From a virus (taxonomy: Duplodnaviria; Caudoviricetes): a stretch of 64,000 nucleotides of DNA. This document shows, piece by piece, positions 1-9,091 of this stretch (position 1 is its first letter; each line of letters starts with the position of its first letter). The notes below the pieces were generated by a model. That model saw nothing but the letters and a program-made list of their open reading frames with translations, did not search any database and had not been told where the DNA came from. The translations under genes and the position numbers were made by a program. The stretch is from positions 887 through 64,886 of the IMG/VR virus record IMGVR_UViG_3300020171_000005; one strand, given 5' to 3'.

Positions 1-837
1 TAATTCCTCAGAGGAATTCTCCAATGATGTTAATACTTTAGTAGCAACCTTAATGAATTCCACTTCAATGTAAGGGTCAAACTTCAACCTAGTGAACCTG
101 GACATAAGGTCCTTAGGTAACAGGTTAACTTTTATACCGGCAGCAAAGACCTTAGTGGTGAGCTCCATCATACGAGTCTTACCATACTTACTCTCTGAGA
201 TGATACCGGTGGCCATGAGGCTATTAAGCACTCCAACGTGTTCTCCAGACAAGCGTTCCACTTCGTCAATCAGTAGAAAGGCAGGTTGGTAAACGAAGAG
301 GAGATTAGCTAATCCGGCTTGGGTAGTAGTTTGAGCCAGACAGTAATATGCATCGGGTAAACGAGATAGCTCCATCAGGAATAACGTTTTGGCGCTAGCA
401 GGTGGACCTGATAACAGAAGGTGGACTGGCTTTGTGGCATCAATCGCGTACCTCACAATCGTTTTGATGTTATCGTGACCTACTATAACGTCAAAGAGGT
501 TGTCTGGGACGACACTAGGGGGTAACTCTAATGTAGGCTCTTCTAACGCTTTGATAACCTCAGTAACTAACTCAGGGTCCTTTACCTTGAAATGAGTACC
601 TGAACGAGTAGCGAGAGTTATGTCCAAGACCTTCTCGGTGACCATCTTGTGGAGGGTGGGTACTGGTGTGTGGACTTGGAACCACTCCCAGCCGTAATAC
701 TTACCATAACCTGCCTCCTCATATGCCTTCTTTCCATCTTTCTCCGCCTCAATGGCCTCCTTAAGTACATCTACCCAACCTTCGTGTTGAGTTAGAAGCT
801 GGTAGAGACGAAGCTTGTCTTCGGGATGTGGATTCAT
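1..837 (-). CDS. AAA+ ATPase (MCM/RuvB-like core), C-terminus runs off the window edge
   Basis: Not in the ORF track; hand translation from ATG at 837 (RBS GGAGG) gives MNPHPEDKLR...FDVIVGHD...LLLSGPPASAKT (Walker A)...LLIDEVE (Walker B)...LMSRF (Arg finger). Confidence 0.85.
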   Translation of the reverse strand, partial: MNPHPEDKLRLYQLLTQHEGWVDVLKEAIEAEKDGKKAYEEAGYGKYYGWEWFQVHTPVPTLHKMVTEKVLDITLATRSGTHFKVKDPELVTEVIKALEEPTLELPPSVVPDNLFDVIVGHDNIKTIVRYAIDATKPVHLLLSGPPASAKTLFLMELSRLPDAYYCLAQTTTQAGLANLLFVYQPAFLLIDEVERLSGEHVGVLNSLMATGIISESKYGKTRMMELTTKVFAAGIKVNLLPKDLMSRFTRLKFDPYIEVEFIKVATKVLTSLENSSEEL

Positions 838-860
838 AATGTGGATTACCTCCTCTACTT

Positions 861-1160
861 CTAACGGACTTTTAAGTCTCGCTCGAACCCTATAGGTCCA
901 TAGACTTCTACTGGGTCCTCATGGTCGTCCTCTATCCACCATTCCCTAACTTTCTTTGCTGTAATCGGCTCATTAGCCACAATATAAACGCATGGACCAT
1001 CCCACTTGAGCTGCTTAATGAACACTCCATTGATATACTCATCAAGCATCTGAGCCATCTCCTCAGCCGAGGTCTCATTGTCAATAGAGAATCTTCCTCT
1101 CTTATTACCCGATCCTAGCTTAATTGGTGGCCCCTCCCAGGGAGGTTGAAGTTTAGGCAT
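861..1160 (-). CDS. Hypothetical protein with N-terminal PPWEGPP motif
   Basis: ORF with AGGAGG RBS; begins MPKLQPPWEGPPIK. Confidence 0.75.
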   Translation of the reverse strand: MPKLQPPWEGPPIKLGSGNKRGRFSIDNETSAEEMAQMLDEYINGVFIKQLKWDGPCVYIVANEPITAKKVREWWIEDDHEDPVEVYGPIGFERDLKVR

Positions 1161-1206
1161 GTTATAATTCCTCCTAATGTTATTGACTATAACTTACCCT
1201 CAGGTA

Positions 1207-1410
1207 TTACTCTCTCCATCCTATTCTTTTACTTGCTCTGACAGCTTCTTCATCACCTATCTGTGACTGTTTCTCTGCCATCTTTTCCTTGTAATAGCTA
1301 CCCACTCCTCCTATAAACATTGGGTCACCTACTGGTGCAGAACGCCAACGCGATAGAAGTTGCTCGTAACTTGCATCATCGATCCACTTCTTCATTTCCT
1401 CTGAGTTCAT
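1207..1410 (-). CDS. Hypothetical protein
   Basis: 67-aa ORF, AGGAGG RBS, co-oriented with block. Confidence 0.7.
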   Translation of the reverse strand: MNSEEMKKWIDDASYEQLLSRWRSAPVGDPMFIGGVGSYYKEKMAEKQSQIGDEEAVRASKRIGWRE

Positions 1411-1454
1411 TCTGAGCTCTCCTCCTTAAGCTACAATCGCCTCATTCATTTTAT

Positions 1455-2111
1455 TCACCTGTAGGCATCCTCCCTCCTCATCCAGTCGTAAATCATCTTG
1501 GCCTTGGATGGGCCAATAAGCGGAACTTGCTCCAACTCAGCCTTTGAAGCTCCAGCTACCCCTTGAAGTGTTACAAAGTTCTTCAGGAGAGCGGTTCCTA
1601 GCTTCTTAGACACTCCGGGGATGGGCATTAAACTGGCTACCCTCCGATCTGTGGAGGCCTTTCTAGCCACTAAAGCAGAAGTATGTTCTTCCCTTTGGTA
1701 GTACGCATAGAGTTGATTGATGCGTAGGAAGGCATGGTCACGGGATGTGGCTAGTTGGAACCTAAGTCCACTATCCTGAAATGTCTGAATAAGGTTCCAG
1801 AGGTGGCCCCAGGTGAGATGTTCCTGACCACCAATAAGAATGTCATTGGAACGCCGTTGCCACCGGTTGAAGACTAACAGGATGGGGATGTCCACTGTGT
1901 CGATAAGTTGGGCCAGTTCCCTGCGAGCATCCCCAAGACGAGAGGTGAGGTCACCCACGGTTTTAGCTTCTATCCCAACTGTTTTATCATCACTAGCGTG
2001 AAAGAAAAAGTCACCAGCATCGAGATGTTGCCGGGACCATCCATAAGTGAGGAACTTCTCCACCCAATCTTTCCATAATTCCCCTCTTCCGTCTATTAAC
2101 TTAGGTAACAA
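1455..2111 (-). CDS. ERCC4/XPF-type structure-specific nuclease with C-terminal helix-hairpin-helix
   Basis: LDAGDF...GIEAKTVGDL matches GDxnERKxxxD; C-terminal IPGVSKK and VPLIGPSKA HhH motifs. Confidence 0.85.
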   Translation of the reverse strand: MLPKLIDGRGELWKDWVEKFLTYGWSRQHLDAGDFFFHASDDKTVGIEAKTVGDLTSRLGDARRELAQLIDTVDIPILLVFNRWQRRSNDILIGGQEHLTWGHLWNLIQTFQDSGLRFQLATSRDHAFLRINQLYAYYQREEHTSALVARKASTDRRVASLMPIPGVSKKLGTALLKNFVTLQGVAGASKAELEQVPLIGPSKAKMIYDWMRREDAYR

Positions 2112-2243
2112 CTCTCATCTCTCCTCTGCAACCGGGGGGCCTGGAGCCTCCCCCACTATTTCTCCAGCCCGGCACTCTCTAAGAGTTCTTGCACACCGCC
2201 CCCCGGTTTCGACTTCAAAGTTTGGGCTTTAAAGCACTGCCCT

Positions 2244-2759
2244 TTAGAATGGGGCTTCTTCTCCCCCGAGGTCCTCAATTTCTTCGGTAGCGGGTACAAT
2301 ACTTTGTATACGGGAGCGGGTCCTACCTTCAAAGGTCTGTTCTGTCCATACAGTTCTACAATCTGCACCCACACAGTCCATGGGGTCAAACCGGAACACC
2401 TTGTTCTCCTTGTCAATCTCGTAGGATACCCCCAAGGCCTCTAGCGTCTGGCAGATGTTCCACCAGGCCTTCGGTTTCCTTGAGCACCAGTACCGTCCCT
2501 CACGGTCCTCATATTCGGGGTATTCAGGGTCACGAATAGCAAACTGGAACTCAGTCTGCGGCTCCCCCTTACTGGACAGAGACTCTTTCGGCTCCTCAAT
2601 GCACTTGCTGAGATAGGTTCCAGGTGGGAGACCACCAAACTCAGCTCCGTCTGGGATTGGTATTGCCCAGGCCCCTGGCCCTACAGTCTTCTCTGCAATA
2701 TCTTCCCCCTCCACTTCCTCTGCCCCCACTACCTCCATGTCCTTGCTTTCCTTTGCCAT
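2244..2759 (-). CDS. DUF669-like putative ssDNA-binding protein
   Basis: LPPGTY...SSKGEP motif, acidic C-terminus ending EEAPF, directly downstream of Sak4-like ATPase. Confidence 0.7.
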   Translation of the reverse strand: MAKESKDMEVVGAEEVEGEDIAEKTVGPGAWAIPIPDGAEFGGLPPGTYLSKCIEEPKESLSSKGEPQTEFQFAIRDPEYPEYEDREGRYWCSRKPKAWWNICQTLEALGVSYEIDKENKVFRFDPMDCVGADCRTVWTEQTFEGRTRSRIQSIVPATEEIEDLGGEEAPF

Positions 2760-2864
2760 GATGTTATTGTCCCTCCTCTATGAGTTTATTTTTGGTGGGC
2801 TCTGCTGTCCCAGCGGCTTATCCAAGCAGGTATTGGCGCCGAGCTCACCAGATGCGCCCTTGGG

Positions 2865-3839
2865 TTATTCTTTCTCCTTCTCAGCAATCACTACCTTAGT
2901 AGCCTGGGGCCTCACAACCAAAGCCCGTGCCAGCTTCTGCTCTTGGGCACTAGGTAGGGATTTTTTGCCGTCTAAGGCCTCCAGGAAAGTCCTGAAGTTC
3001 GGGTTGATCATAACCTTACATAGACCAGTCCGGTCCTTTGTAGCAATGGCCTCATGAGGTTGAGTGGTGAGGCAATAGTAGGTATTTGCTCCCCAATGGG
3101 CTATATAGCTGTAACCTACCACTGAGAAATGGGCTGCGATTAGCTGCTGAAGTGACCCTTGGAGGCCTGGGTATATTTTAGTCCTACCGGTTTTGGGGTC
3201 ATCATCAGCTTCAGAAATACAGGTTACAATCTTATGCATGGGGAGCTTTAGAAATGGGTCAAGGAAATGCCTGGTCATCTCAAGGAGGTTACCCCAGTTC
3301 TGAATGGCCATCCGATGTTCACCCTTCATAGCTTCCTCCATGAATTTAGCCCCCACTCCCTCATTTCCAGAAAGTTCATAGTCCTTGGCAGCCTGTTGGA
3401 AGTCACCAAGACCATCGAGGATTACTCCAGAGTAGCCAAGTGGGTTCCTCCTAAGACTTAGATACAGAGGCCATAACTGCTTCTCATAGTTAGTTATGAC
3501 CTGGTAGTCATAGCCAGTCACCCCCCTCTGGTCAAGAGTCATGAGTTCATCTTCATTGAGAACGACATAAAGGACCTTAAGACCAGCCCCCACCATGTAC
3601 TTGACCATAGTACCACAGAACACAGTCTTACCAGCTCCACTATCTCCGTGGACTAAAATGCTCAAATGCTTAATTTTGTCCTTAGCACTCCTGGTCCTTA
3701 CCTGTGGGACCTTGGCCTTAGGTTGCTCCTCTACAGGTGGCTGAGCCTCAGTAGGTTGTTCAGCCAGAACCACCTCAGGTTGCTCCTCCTCAGTCTTCTC
3801 AGCCGCTCTTTGTGTCTCAGCTCCTTCCTCTACCATCAT
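2865..3839 (-). CDS. Sak4-like (AAA_24) recombination ATPase
   Basis: HGDSGAGKT Walker A, VILDGL Walker B, ATKDRTG C-terminal motif; flanked by SSB-like and nuclease genes. Confidence 0.8.
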   Translation of the reverse strand: MMVEEGAETQRAAEKTEEEQPEVVLAEQPTEAQPPVEEQPKAKVPQVRTRSAKDKIKHLSILVHGDSGAGKTVFCGTMVKYMVGAGLKVLYVVLNEDELMTLDQRGVTGYDYQVITNYEKQLWPLYLSLRRNPLGYSGVILDGLGDFQQAAKDYELSGNEGVGAKFMEEAMKGEHRMAIQNWGNLLEMTRHFLDPFLKLPMHKIVTCISEADDDPKTGRTKIYPGLQGSLQQLIAAHFSVVGYSYIAHWGANTYYCLTTQPHEAIATKDRTGLCKVMINPNFRTFLEALDGKKSLPSAQEQKLARALVVRPQATKVVIAEKEKE

Positions 3840-4657
3840 CCACCTCCTTTCTTGTCATGAGTATTCCGATATAATTCTGAGACTACATCATCCAAATCAA
3901 CTCCCTGTACTTCTGCGTTACATAGTTCCCAATAATCACAATAGCATCTCTTCATGGGCATAGGGTACAGACGATCAGGTGGCGTAGTCAATATATCCTC
4001 CCCGATGTGGATAAACATGTCCTTAAAGTAGTCTAGTTCATAGTTGGATCTCATGATGAGTTCTCTGTAGTATTTCATCTTACTGTATTCAAGGATATTA
4101 TAGATAGTACCTATTGAGTCAGAAACTATACACGAGGCTGCTGACTGGAGATCAATACCGAAGTCTCCAGAATGGTATCTACTCCTCACCTTATGTTCAA
4201 ATACCATCAGTGTATCCTCATCTACCTGCACTACGGCATCAGGGATTGCCAATAGGTGGATATTGGGAGTTAGTTCTACCTGTCGCCTAGCCTCTACCTG
4301 TACTACCTCAAAGGTATCCTTAGGTTGAGCACGCTGATGGTAGGTGGACAATAGCCTGGGTAGTACGGTCTCTATCTTATGCCACTCCTTAACCATCTTC
4401 GGCTTAGGATTCTCTCCCAATGCTATAGGCTTGGCCTTCTTAGTGGAAGCTTCTAGTTGAGTATCTATTAGCTCCTGGCTCCGGTTCTCACTGTCTACCC
4501 CGTAGTAGGCTGCAAGGACCTCACTCACTATGATACCTAATGAGAGAGGAGCAGTCTTTGTCAGGCGGACTAGGTGCCTATTGTAGCGCCAGTGATATGA
4601 CCTACGACACCTAACCCAACGGTTCAGCATTGTGGGACTAAGGACTATCTTGTCCAC
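3836..4657 (-). CDS. PD-(D/E)XK (Cas4/RecB-like) exonuclease
   Basis: LSPT...C.R..W.Y N-terminus, IPDAV...VFEHK catalytic motif, C-terminal CYCDYWELC. Confidence 0.8.
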   Translation of the reverse strand: MDKIVLSPTMLNRWVRCRRSYHWRYNRHLVRLTKTAPLSLGIIVSEVLAAYYGVDSENRSQELIDTQLEASTKKAKPIALGENPKPKMVKEWHKIETVLPRLLSTYHQRAQPKDTFEVVQVEARRQVELTPNIHLLAIPDAVVQVDEDTLMVFEHKVRSRYHSGDFGIDLQSAASCIVSDSIGTIYNILEYSKMKYYRELIMRSNYELDYFKDMFIHIGEDILTTPPDRLYPMPMKRCYCDYWELCNAEVQGVDLDDVVSELYRNTHDKKGGG

Positions 4658-4823
4658 TTAACACCGCCTTAAGTCTATCTAGCTCCTGTTCGGAAACGTA
4701 TGAGCGACCAGTTGGGAATTTCATTGCATGAATAAAACCTACCCTAGACCAACGATAAGCGGTCTTTGGGTTAATCCCCAATTCTTTGGAGACTCGAAAT
4801 AAACTGTATCCCTTTTTAATCAT
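4638..4823 (-). CDS. MerR/excisionase-like HTH DNA-binding protein
   Basis: VSKELGINPKTAYRW...G.I.A.K.PTGR pattern. Confidence 0.75.
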   Translation of the reverse strand: MIKKGYSLFRVSKELGINPKTAYRWSRVGFIHAMKFPTGRSYVSEQELDRLKAVLSGQDSP

Positions 4824-4832
4824 TACTAAGTA

Positions 4833-4861
4833 ATTATAACCCCTTTTATCCTGTTTGTCAA
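4833..4861 (-). promoter_or_regulatory. sigma70-type promoter for recombination operon
   Basis: TTGACA-17-TATAAT on minus strand just upstream of 4823. Confidence 0.75.
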
Positions 4862-5015
4862 ATGGAGTCGTCCTATACAGATCAGCCCTAATGTTGTTAA
4901 TAACACTAGAGCTGACCTGGAGCTAAAGGGTAAGGGGTAAGGGAGTTGTCCTGGGGTCGCAGACTGTGATGTGCCACTGCTACTGGTGCGCGACTCTCCG
5001 CTCTTCCCCAAGCTA

Positions 5016-5312
5016 TTATTCCTCTGCTGCTACCTCCTCTGCTGCCGCCTTCTCGGCCTTGGCTTTCTCGCTTCCAGCCTTAGCGGCCTTGATCTTGGCA
5101 ATCACCGCATTCACTTCACCTGGAGGGAACGCCCACCGAGCTCTCTTCTGGTCCTCACCCCGGACGTCAAGCTTTCTCAGGATAGACCGGGCCTCTCGAG
5201 GCTCCATGCCAATCTTCTTGGCGATGTCCTTGAGGGATACCATCTCCGGCTCTGCGGGTTTCTCCTTGGGTTTCTCCTCGGGTTTTTCTGTTTTCTTCGC
5301 TGCCTCTGCCAT
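5016..5312 (-). CDS. Small winged-HTH-like DNA-binding protein (paralog family)
   Basis: LKDIAKKIGMEPREARSILRK...RWAF with K/E/A-rich tails. Confidence 0.7.
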   Translation of the reverse strand: MAEAAKKTEKPEEKPKEKPAEPEMVSLKDIAKKIGMEPREARSILRKLDVRGEDQKRARWAFPPGEVNAVIAKIKAAKAGSEKAKAEKAAAEEVAAEE

Positions 5313-5367
5313 GATGTGGATTATCCTCCTTTGTTAAGATTTGAGATTCTTAATCTCTATTACTCTC

Positions 5368-5396
5368 ATTGTAACACACAACATCCTCGTTGTCAA
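5368..5396 (-). promoter_or_regulatory. sigma70-type promoter
   Basis: TTGACA-17-TACAAT. Confidence 0.65.
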
Positions 5397-5482
5397 TGTT
5401 AAAATTAAACTGGAATCTAAACGGGCTGTAACCTCCAAGTAACCTAACTAGATGTAGACCTCAACCTTCTGGTTTACTTCTA

Positions 5483-5671
5483 TCATAACTTACCTCCCTT
5501 CGTTTTCTGAGCTATGGCACGGATAGCCCTCAATTCCTCATGAGCTTTACTGCGGAGAGCCTGCAATTGTTCCTGTAATGTAGCTCTAGCCTTTTCTCTT
5601 GCCTCATGAGCTTGTTTGTCTATCTTGGCCATAGTCCCTTTGTATTGCAGATATACCTCATCCCTTGTCAA
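5483..5671 (-). CDS. Small coiled-coil hypothetical protein
   Basis: 62-aa helical ORF, RBS AGGAGG. Confidence 0.55.
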   Translation of the reverse strand: MTRDEVYLQYKGTMAKIDKQAHEAREKARATLQEQLQALRSKAHEELRAIRAIAQKTKGGKL

Positions 5672-5675
5672 CCCT

Positions 5676-6269
5676 TTACCTCCTGAAGTTCTTAGCTATC
5701 TCCTCGGCTTCAGTCTCAGAGAAGAACCAAGAGCTCCCCGCTTCTTCTGCCTTTCTCCAACCTACTTTCCTAAGCCAGGACCTAAGTTTTTTAGGTTCTA
5801 CCTTAAGGTTATCGGCCAAGGTAGACAGAGGAACTGCTCCCGATGGAATAGGCCTTGAGACCCTTGGAGTTCTCTGATAGGTAGGTGCACTCCCCCTGGG
5901 TCTTCTGGTCCTACCAGTTCCAGCTGGTGCACGATAGTCCATGAGCTCAAACTTGCCCCTGGGGCGGATACTCTCATTGGGGACTATCCTTCCACACTGT
6001 AAGCACTTCCACCCAGTCTTAGTCTTGTAAACAGTAGAAACATAGCTCTCAAACTTACAATGGGGACAAGTATAATCGAAGCCGAATTCAGATGGGTTTA
6101 TCCCTTCCATAGGTGGTTCCTCCTGAGTAATTGAGATTATAGAGCTCCCTTCATGTCTTAGTCCCCAAGCCACACCACAGCGGTCACATGACCTGTGGAC
6201 TAATGCGAACTCCTTATGTTGCTCTATCTCTCCTAGAAGGAGAGATATTCCACAGACGGGACAAAACAT
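5676..6269 (-). CDS. Double zinc-ribbon protein with C-terminal wHTH-like paralog domain
   Basis: Four CxxC pairs; C-terminal LADNLKVEPKKLRSWLRK...SWFF. Confidence 0.7.
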   Translation of the reverse strand: MFCPVCGISLLLGEIEQHKEFALVHRSCDRCGVAWGLRHEGSSIISITQEEPPMEGINPSEFGFDYTCPHCKFESYVSTVYKTKTGWKCLQCGRIVPNESIRPRGKFELMDYRAPAGTGRTRRPRGSAPTYQRTPRVSRPIPSGAVPLSTLADNLKVEPKKLRSWLRKVGWRKAEEAGSSWFFSETEAEEIAKNFRR

Positions 6270-6286
6270 TACTAAAGGCCCCCCTT

Positions 6287-6538
6287 TTAGGTTACTGCCT
6301 GGGCTTTTCTTGCTTCGGCTCTCCTCTTCCTCCTCTCTACTCTCTTGGACTTCTTTAACTCCGTCTGTTGGGACTTGAGTTCAGCGAGCTTTGTTTCACC
6401 ATCAGCTTGGGTCTCGGGGTTGTTGAGAAGTTGCCTGAGGATACTATGGTTAGCACCATCACATCCGCAAGTACACTCCTCTCGCTTAGCAGTTTGACAT
6501 TGAACCGGATTTGTACATTCTGGCATGATGTGGATCAC
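6287..6538 (-). CDS. Cys/His-rich hypothetical protein
   Basis: C..C.....CTCGCDGANH metal-binding-like motif; probable start at internal ATG after AGGAGG. Confidence 0.6.
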   Translation of the reverse strand: MIHIMPECTNPVQCQTAKREECTCGCDGANHSILRQLLNNPETQADGETKLAELKSQQTELKKSKRVERRKRRAEARKAQAVT

Positions 6539-6544
6539 CTCCTT

Positions 6545-6997
6545 TTAACATTTATACACTTCAAATACTTTCTTGAGGGTGGGGTCATTCTTAAGATCCT
6601 TTATAGGACCAGAACCTGGCTTCCAATCCTTCTTGAGGAGTGAGCTCATGAACAATATAGCAGGAACTATAAATTCCCTGCCTAGTTCCATGTCACTCCT
6701 TACCAAAGCGGATACCTGAGTAATGATATCCTTAGCAGTAGGGACATAATTCCCACGGACCCTAACCAATTGTAGGAAGGACCTGCCTGGCCTCATGTTA
6801 CCGCCTTCCCAAATCTCCATAACATTGGGATACTGAAGAGACCCAACCCTATTCCTACACTTAGGGCACTTGAAAGAGACTCTTGGGTTACCGTTGTAAC
6901 CGTGGTACTTTCGGGGGTAGGACCTCTTAAGTTCCTCAGGGGCCCATACTTCTCCGCACTGGTGACATAGGTATCTAAAGGATATTATCCTTGTCAT
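6545..6997 (-). CDS. Zinc-ribbon hypothetical protein
   Basis: CHQC...CPKC; likely start MTRIIS after GGAGG. Confidence 0.6.
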   Translation of the reverse strand: MTRIISFRYLCHQCGEVWAPEELKRSYPRKYHGYNGNPRVSFKCPKCRNRVGSLQYPNVMEIWEGGNMRPGRSFLQLVRVRGNYVPTAKDIITQVSALVRSDMELGREFIVPAILFMSSLLKKDWKPGSGPIKDLKNDPTLKKVFEVYKC

Positions 6998-7013
6998 AAT
7001 GTGGATCCCTCCT

Positions 7014-7328
7014 TCATGTTTTCTTGTAAATGGTGAAGCTGGTAAAAGCTCCAGCAGGCTTCTCAACTTTGAAACCATGTTGTGGCTGTATACCAGCAGT
7101 ACCAATAACAGCTACCTTACTGCCCATGTACATGATGGCTATATAGTTACCATCGCAGTGCTGAGATTCCTTGAACACAAGGGAGCAGCCTTTGGTAATA
7201 TCTGTCCATTCAGGTTCACTGAATTCCTTGCTTATCACCACTTCGTTACCTTGTATCTCCACCTGGTACTTCACGTCTTTCTCTAGGCATATGGGTACCC
7301 TGGTTACTTCCTTGAACTTCTTTACCAT
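7014..7328 (-). CDS. Hypothetical protein
   Basis: ORF with GGAGGTGA RBS. Confidence 0.65.
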   Translation of the reverse strand: MVKKFKEVTRVPICLEKDVKYQVEIQGNEVVISKEFSEPEWTDITKGCSLVFKESQHCDGNYIAIMYMGSKVAVIGTAGIQPQHGFKVEKPAGAFTSFTIYKKT

Positions 7329-7350
7329 GATGTTGTCACCTCCTCTTTAA

Positions 7351-7752
7351 TTAAAGGTCAAATAACTTTTGCAGGAATGATGAAAGGTCATTATCTTCCG
7401 AGTCACTCCATACAACTGTATAGCCCTTTCTTACTCCACTAGAGGGCTTGGTCCATAAGCTAAACGCATCATTCACCCCAACCCAGAATAACCCTGCTAG
7501 CACCTCAGCCTTAGATTTCATCTCAAAGGTTCTGGCGGAGTGCTCAACCGTATCAGCTATCTGGCCAAATCTAGCCTCGAGTTTGAGCTCCTCTGCCCTT
7601 CGTAAATAGGACATGTATAGTGTATAGAGCTTCTTGAGTTCATCACTCATAGTACCAACAGTGTGGTCATTATCACCCACTTCCACATGAGGCTCGGAGT
7701 AGGTCTTTATTTCCTGGAGCTCAAGTGGTAACAGTTTTAGGAAAGTACTCAT
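7351..7752 (-). CDS. Hypothetical protein
   Basis: 133-aa ORF with RBS, downstream of promoter. Confidence 0.7.
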   Translation of the reverse strand: MSTFLKLLPLELQEIKTYSEPHVEVGDNDHTVGTMSDELKKLYTLYMSYLRRAEELKLEARFGQIADTVEHSARTFEMKSKAEVLAGLFWVGVNDAFSLWTKPSSGVRKGYTVVWSDSEDNDLSSFLQKLFDL

Positions 7753-7803
7753 AATTAACCTCCGTTCAGACTATGTTTTAGGTACCTTCTTTAGTCTAAT
7801 GTT

Positions 7804-7833
7804 ATTATATCATTTCCGATCACTTATTGTCAA
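7804..7833 (-). promoter_or_regulatory. Early promoter CCACA-TTGACA-18-TATAAT with extended -10
   Basis: ccacaTTGACAataagtgatcggaaaTGaTATAAT. Confidence 0.8.
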
Positions 7834-7842
7834 TGTGGATAC

Positions 7843-8154
7843 CTACTTAATCTTTTCCCCCTTTTCCCTCCAATCACCAGGTAGATTATTGTAGAGAAAC
7901 TTGGCATAGAGAGGAAGAATCTTCCCATTGACGTCGTCCGCCTCCCCACAAGCCCTCATGAAGTCATTCTTAACTACTGCTACCATAAAGGGGTCTAGAT
8001 CATAGTTAGGAATGCCACCACCGTACCAGAGGACTATGTCCCTCAGGCAGAGGACTACATGAGCTGTCTCCTCAATGCTTAGATGTTCCCCTTCAGATTC
8101 TCTTCTAACCCATTCTCTAATCTCAGACTCTTTCCTAAAATCTCTCACAGGCAT
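7843..8154 (-). CDS. Hypothetical phage protein
   Basis: PF..AV..ND...A...AD..N pattern seen in phage early proteins; RBS. Confidence 0.65.
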   Translation of the reverse strand: MPVRDFRKESEIREWVRRESEGEHLSIEETAHVVLCLRDIVLWYGGGIPNYDLDPFMVAVVKNDFMRACGEADDVNGKILPLYAKFLYNNLPGDWREKGEKIK

Positions 8155-8191
8155 ATTAACCTCCTAATGTGGATACTTACCTACACTGCCC

Positions 8192-8677
8192 CTACCCATA
8201 CATTCCTGGGAAATCTACAGAGTCCAGGTCCTGCACCTGGGAGCTGATATTACTTATAGCCTTCCTGACCTCTCCAACTTCCTCCTCCGAGTAGGGCTCA
8301 AGGAAAGTCTCCAGGCAGCCTAGAGCTCCATCGATAACTGAGAGAGCATTGCTGAGTCGGTAGGCCCTAGAAGTTGACTGCCTCCTGCTCTTTGGCCTAA
8401 AGATGACTACCTGGTAAGTAAGAGCCTTAAGGCCCTCTTCAGTGAGAGACTCACTGTCTTCCATTACTTCCCAGATCTCCTCGAAGCGTATCTCGTCTAC
8501 ATTATCCAAAGTGTCCTTTGCATCAGATGCCATCTGATAGCGGTTCGTGTTCTCCAGGGCAGTCCCTCCCATGTTGTCCACCCACTCCTCCATCTCATCT
8601 CTTAGGCTCTCTATTTCAGAAAGATCCAGCCCATCCTCTACGGTGAGGGTCTCAGTAACCTGCTTGTACTTCCCCAT
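8192..8677 (-). CDS. Acidic helical hypothetical protein
   Basis: 161-aa ORF, RBS AGGAGG. Confidence 0.7.
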   Translation of the reverse strand: MGKYKQVTETLTVEDGLDLSEIESLRDEMEEWVDNMGGTALENTNRYQMASDAKDTLDNVDEIRFEEIWEVMEDSESLTEEGLKALTYQVVIFRPKSRRQSTSRAYRLSNALSVIDGALGCLETFLEPYSEEEVGEVRKAISNISSQVQDLDSVDFPGMYG

Positions 8678-8689
8678 AATGATACCTCC

Positions 8690-9079
8690 TTATCTGCTTT
8701 CAATTATAAGGCTATAATCCCGGTAGTTCTTAATAAACTTCTCAAACCTTTCACCCTCATGGTGCCTGGAAATAGGATTATTTCCGAAGCCAGATACTAT
8801 CTGGAGTCCACATTTTGAGCACTGCCAAAGGTCAGCATCCCAGAGGCTGGCGGGGCCGAAGTCTGCCATATCAAGGACTCCAACTCCATTCTTCTCTGGG
8901 TACATTTCCACTTGACAGGCTGTACATACTGGTCTGTGGTAACTCCTCCCCTTGTTAACCTCCTCGAGGAACTCTTCCAGAGCAACCCTCATACAGGAAG
9001 CCTCTTCACCATCGTTGGACTTCTCCCTGAGAAAGGTCTTCAGGGCCTTCCTAGCTAATGATTTACTGACTGTAGCCAT
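8690..9079 (-). CDS. Zinc-ribbon hypothetical protein
   Basis: CTAC...ADLWQCSKCG. Confidence 0.7.
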   Translation of the reverse strand: MATVSKSLARKALKTFLREKSNDGEEASCMRVALEEFLEEVNKGRSYHRPVCTACQVEMYPEKNGVGVLDMADFGPASLWDADLWQCSKCGLQIVSGFGNNPISRHHEGERFEKFIKNYRDYSLIIESR

Positions 9080-9091
9080 TATGTTACCTCC

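Noticed and set aside
3836-4657. CRISPR-associated Cas4 system
   Set aside because: Context is the phage Sak4 recombination module; no cas1/cas2 or array
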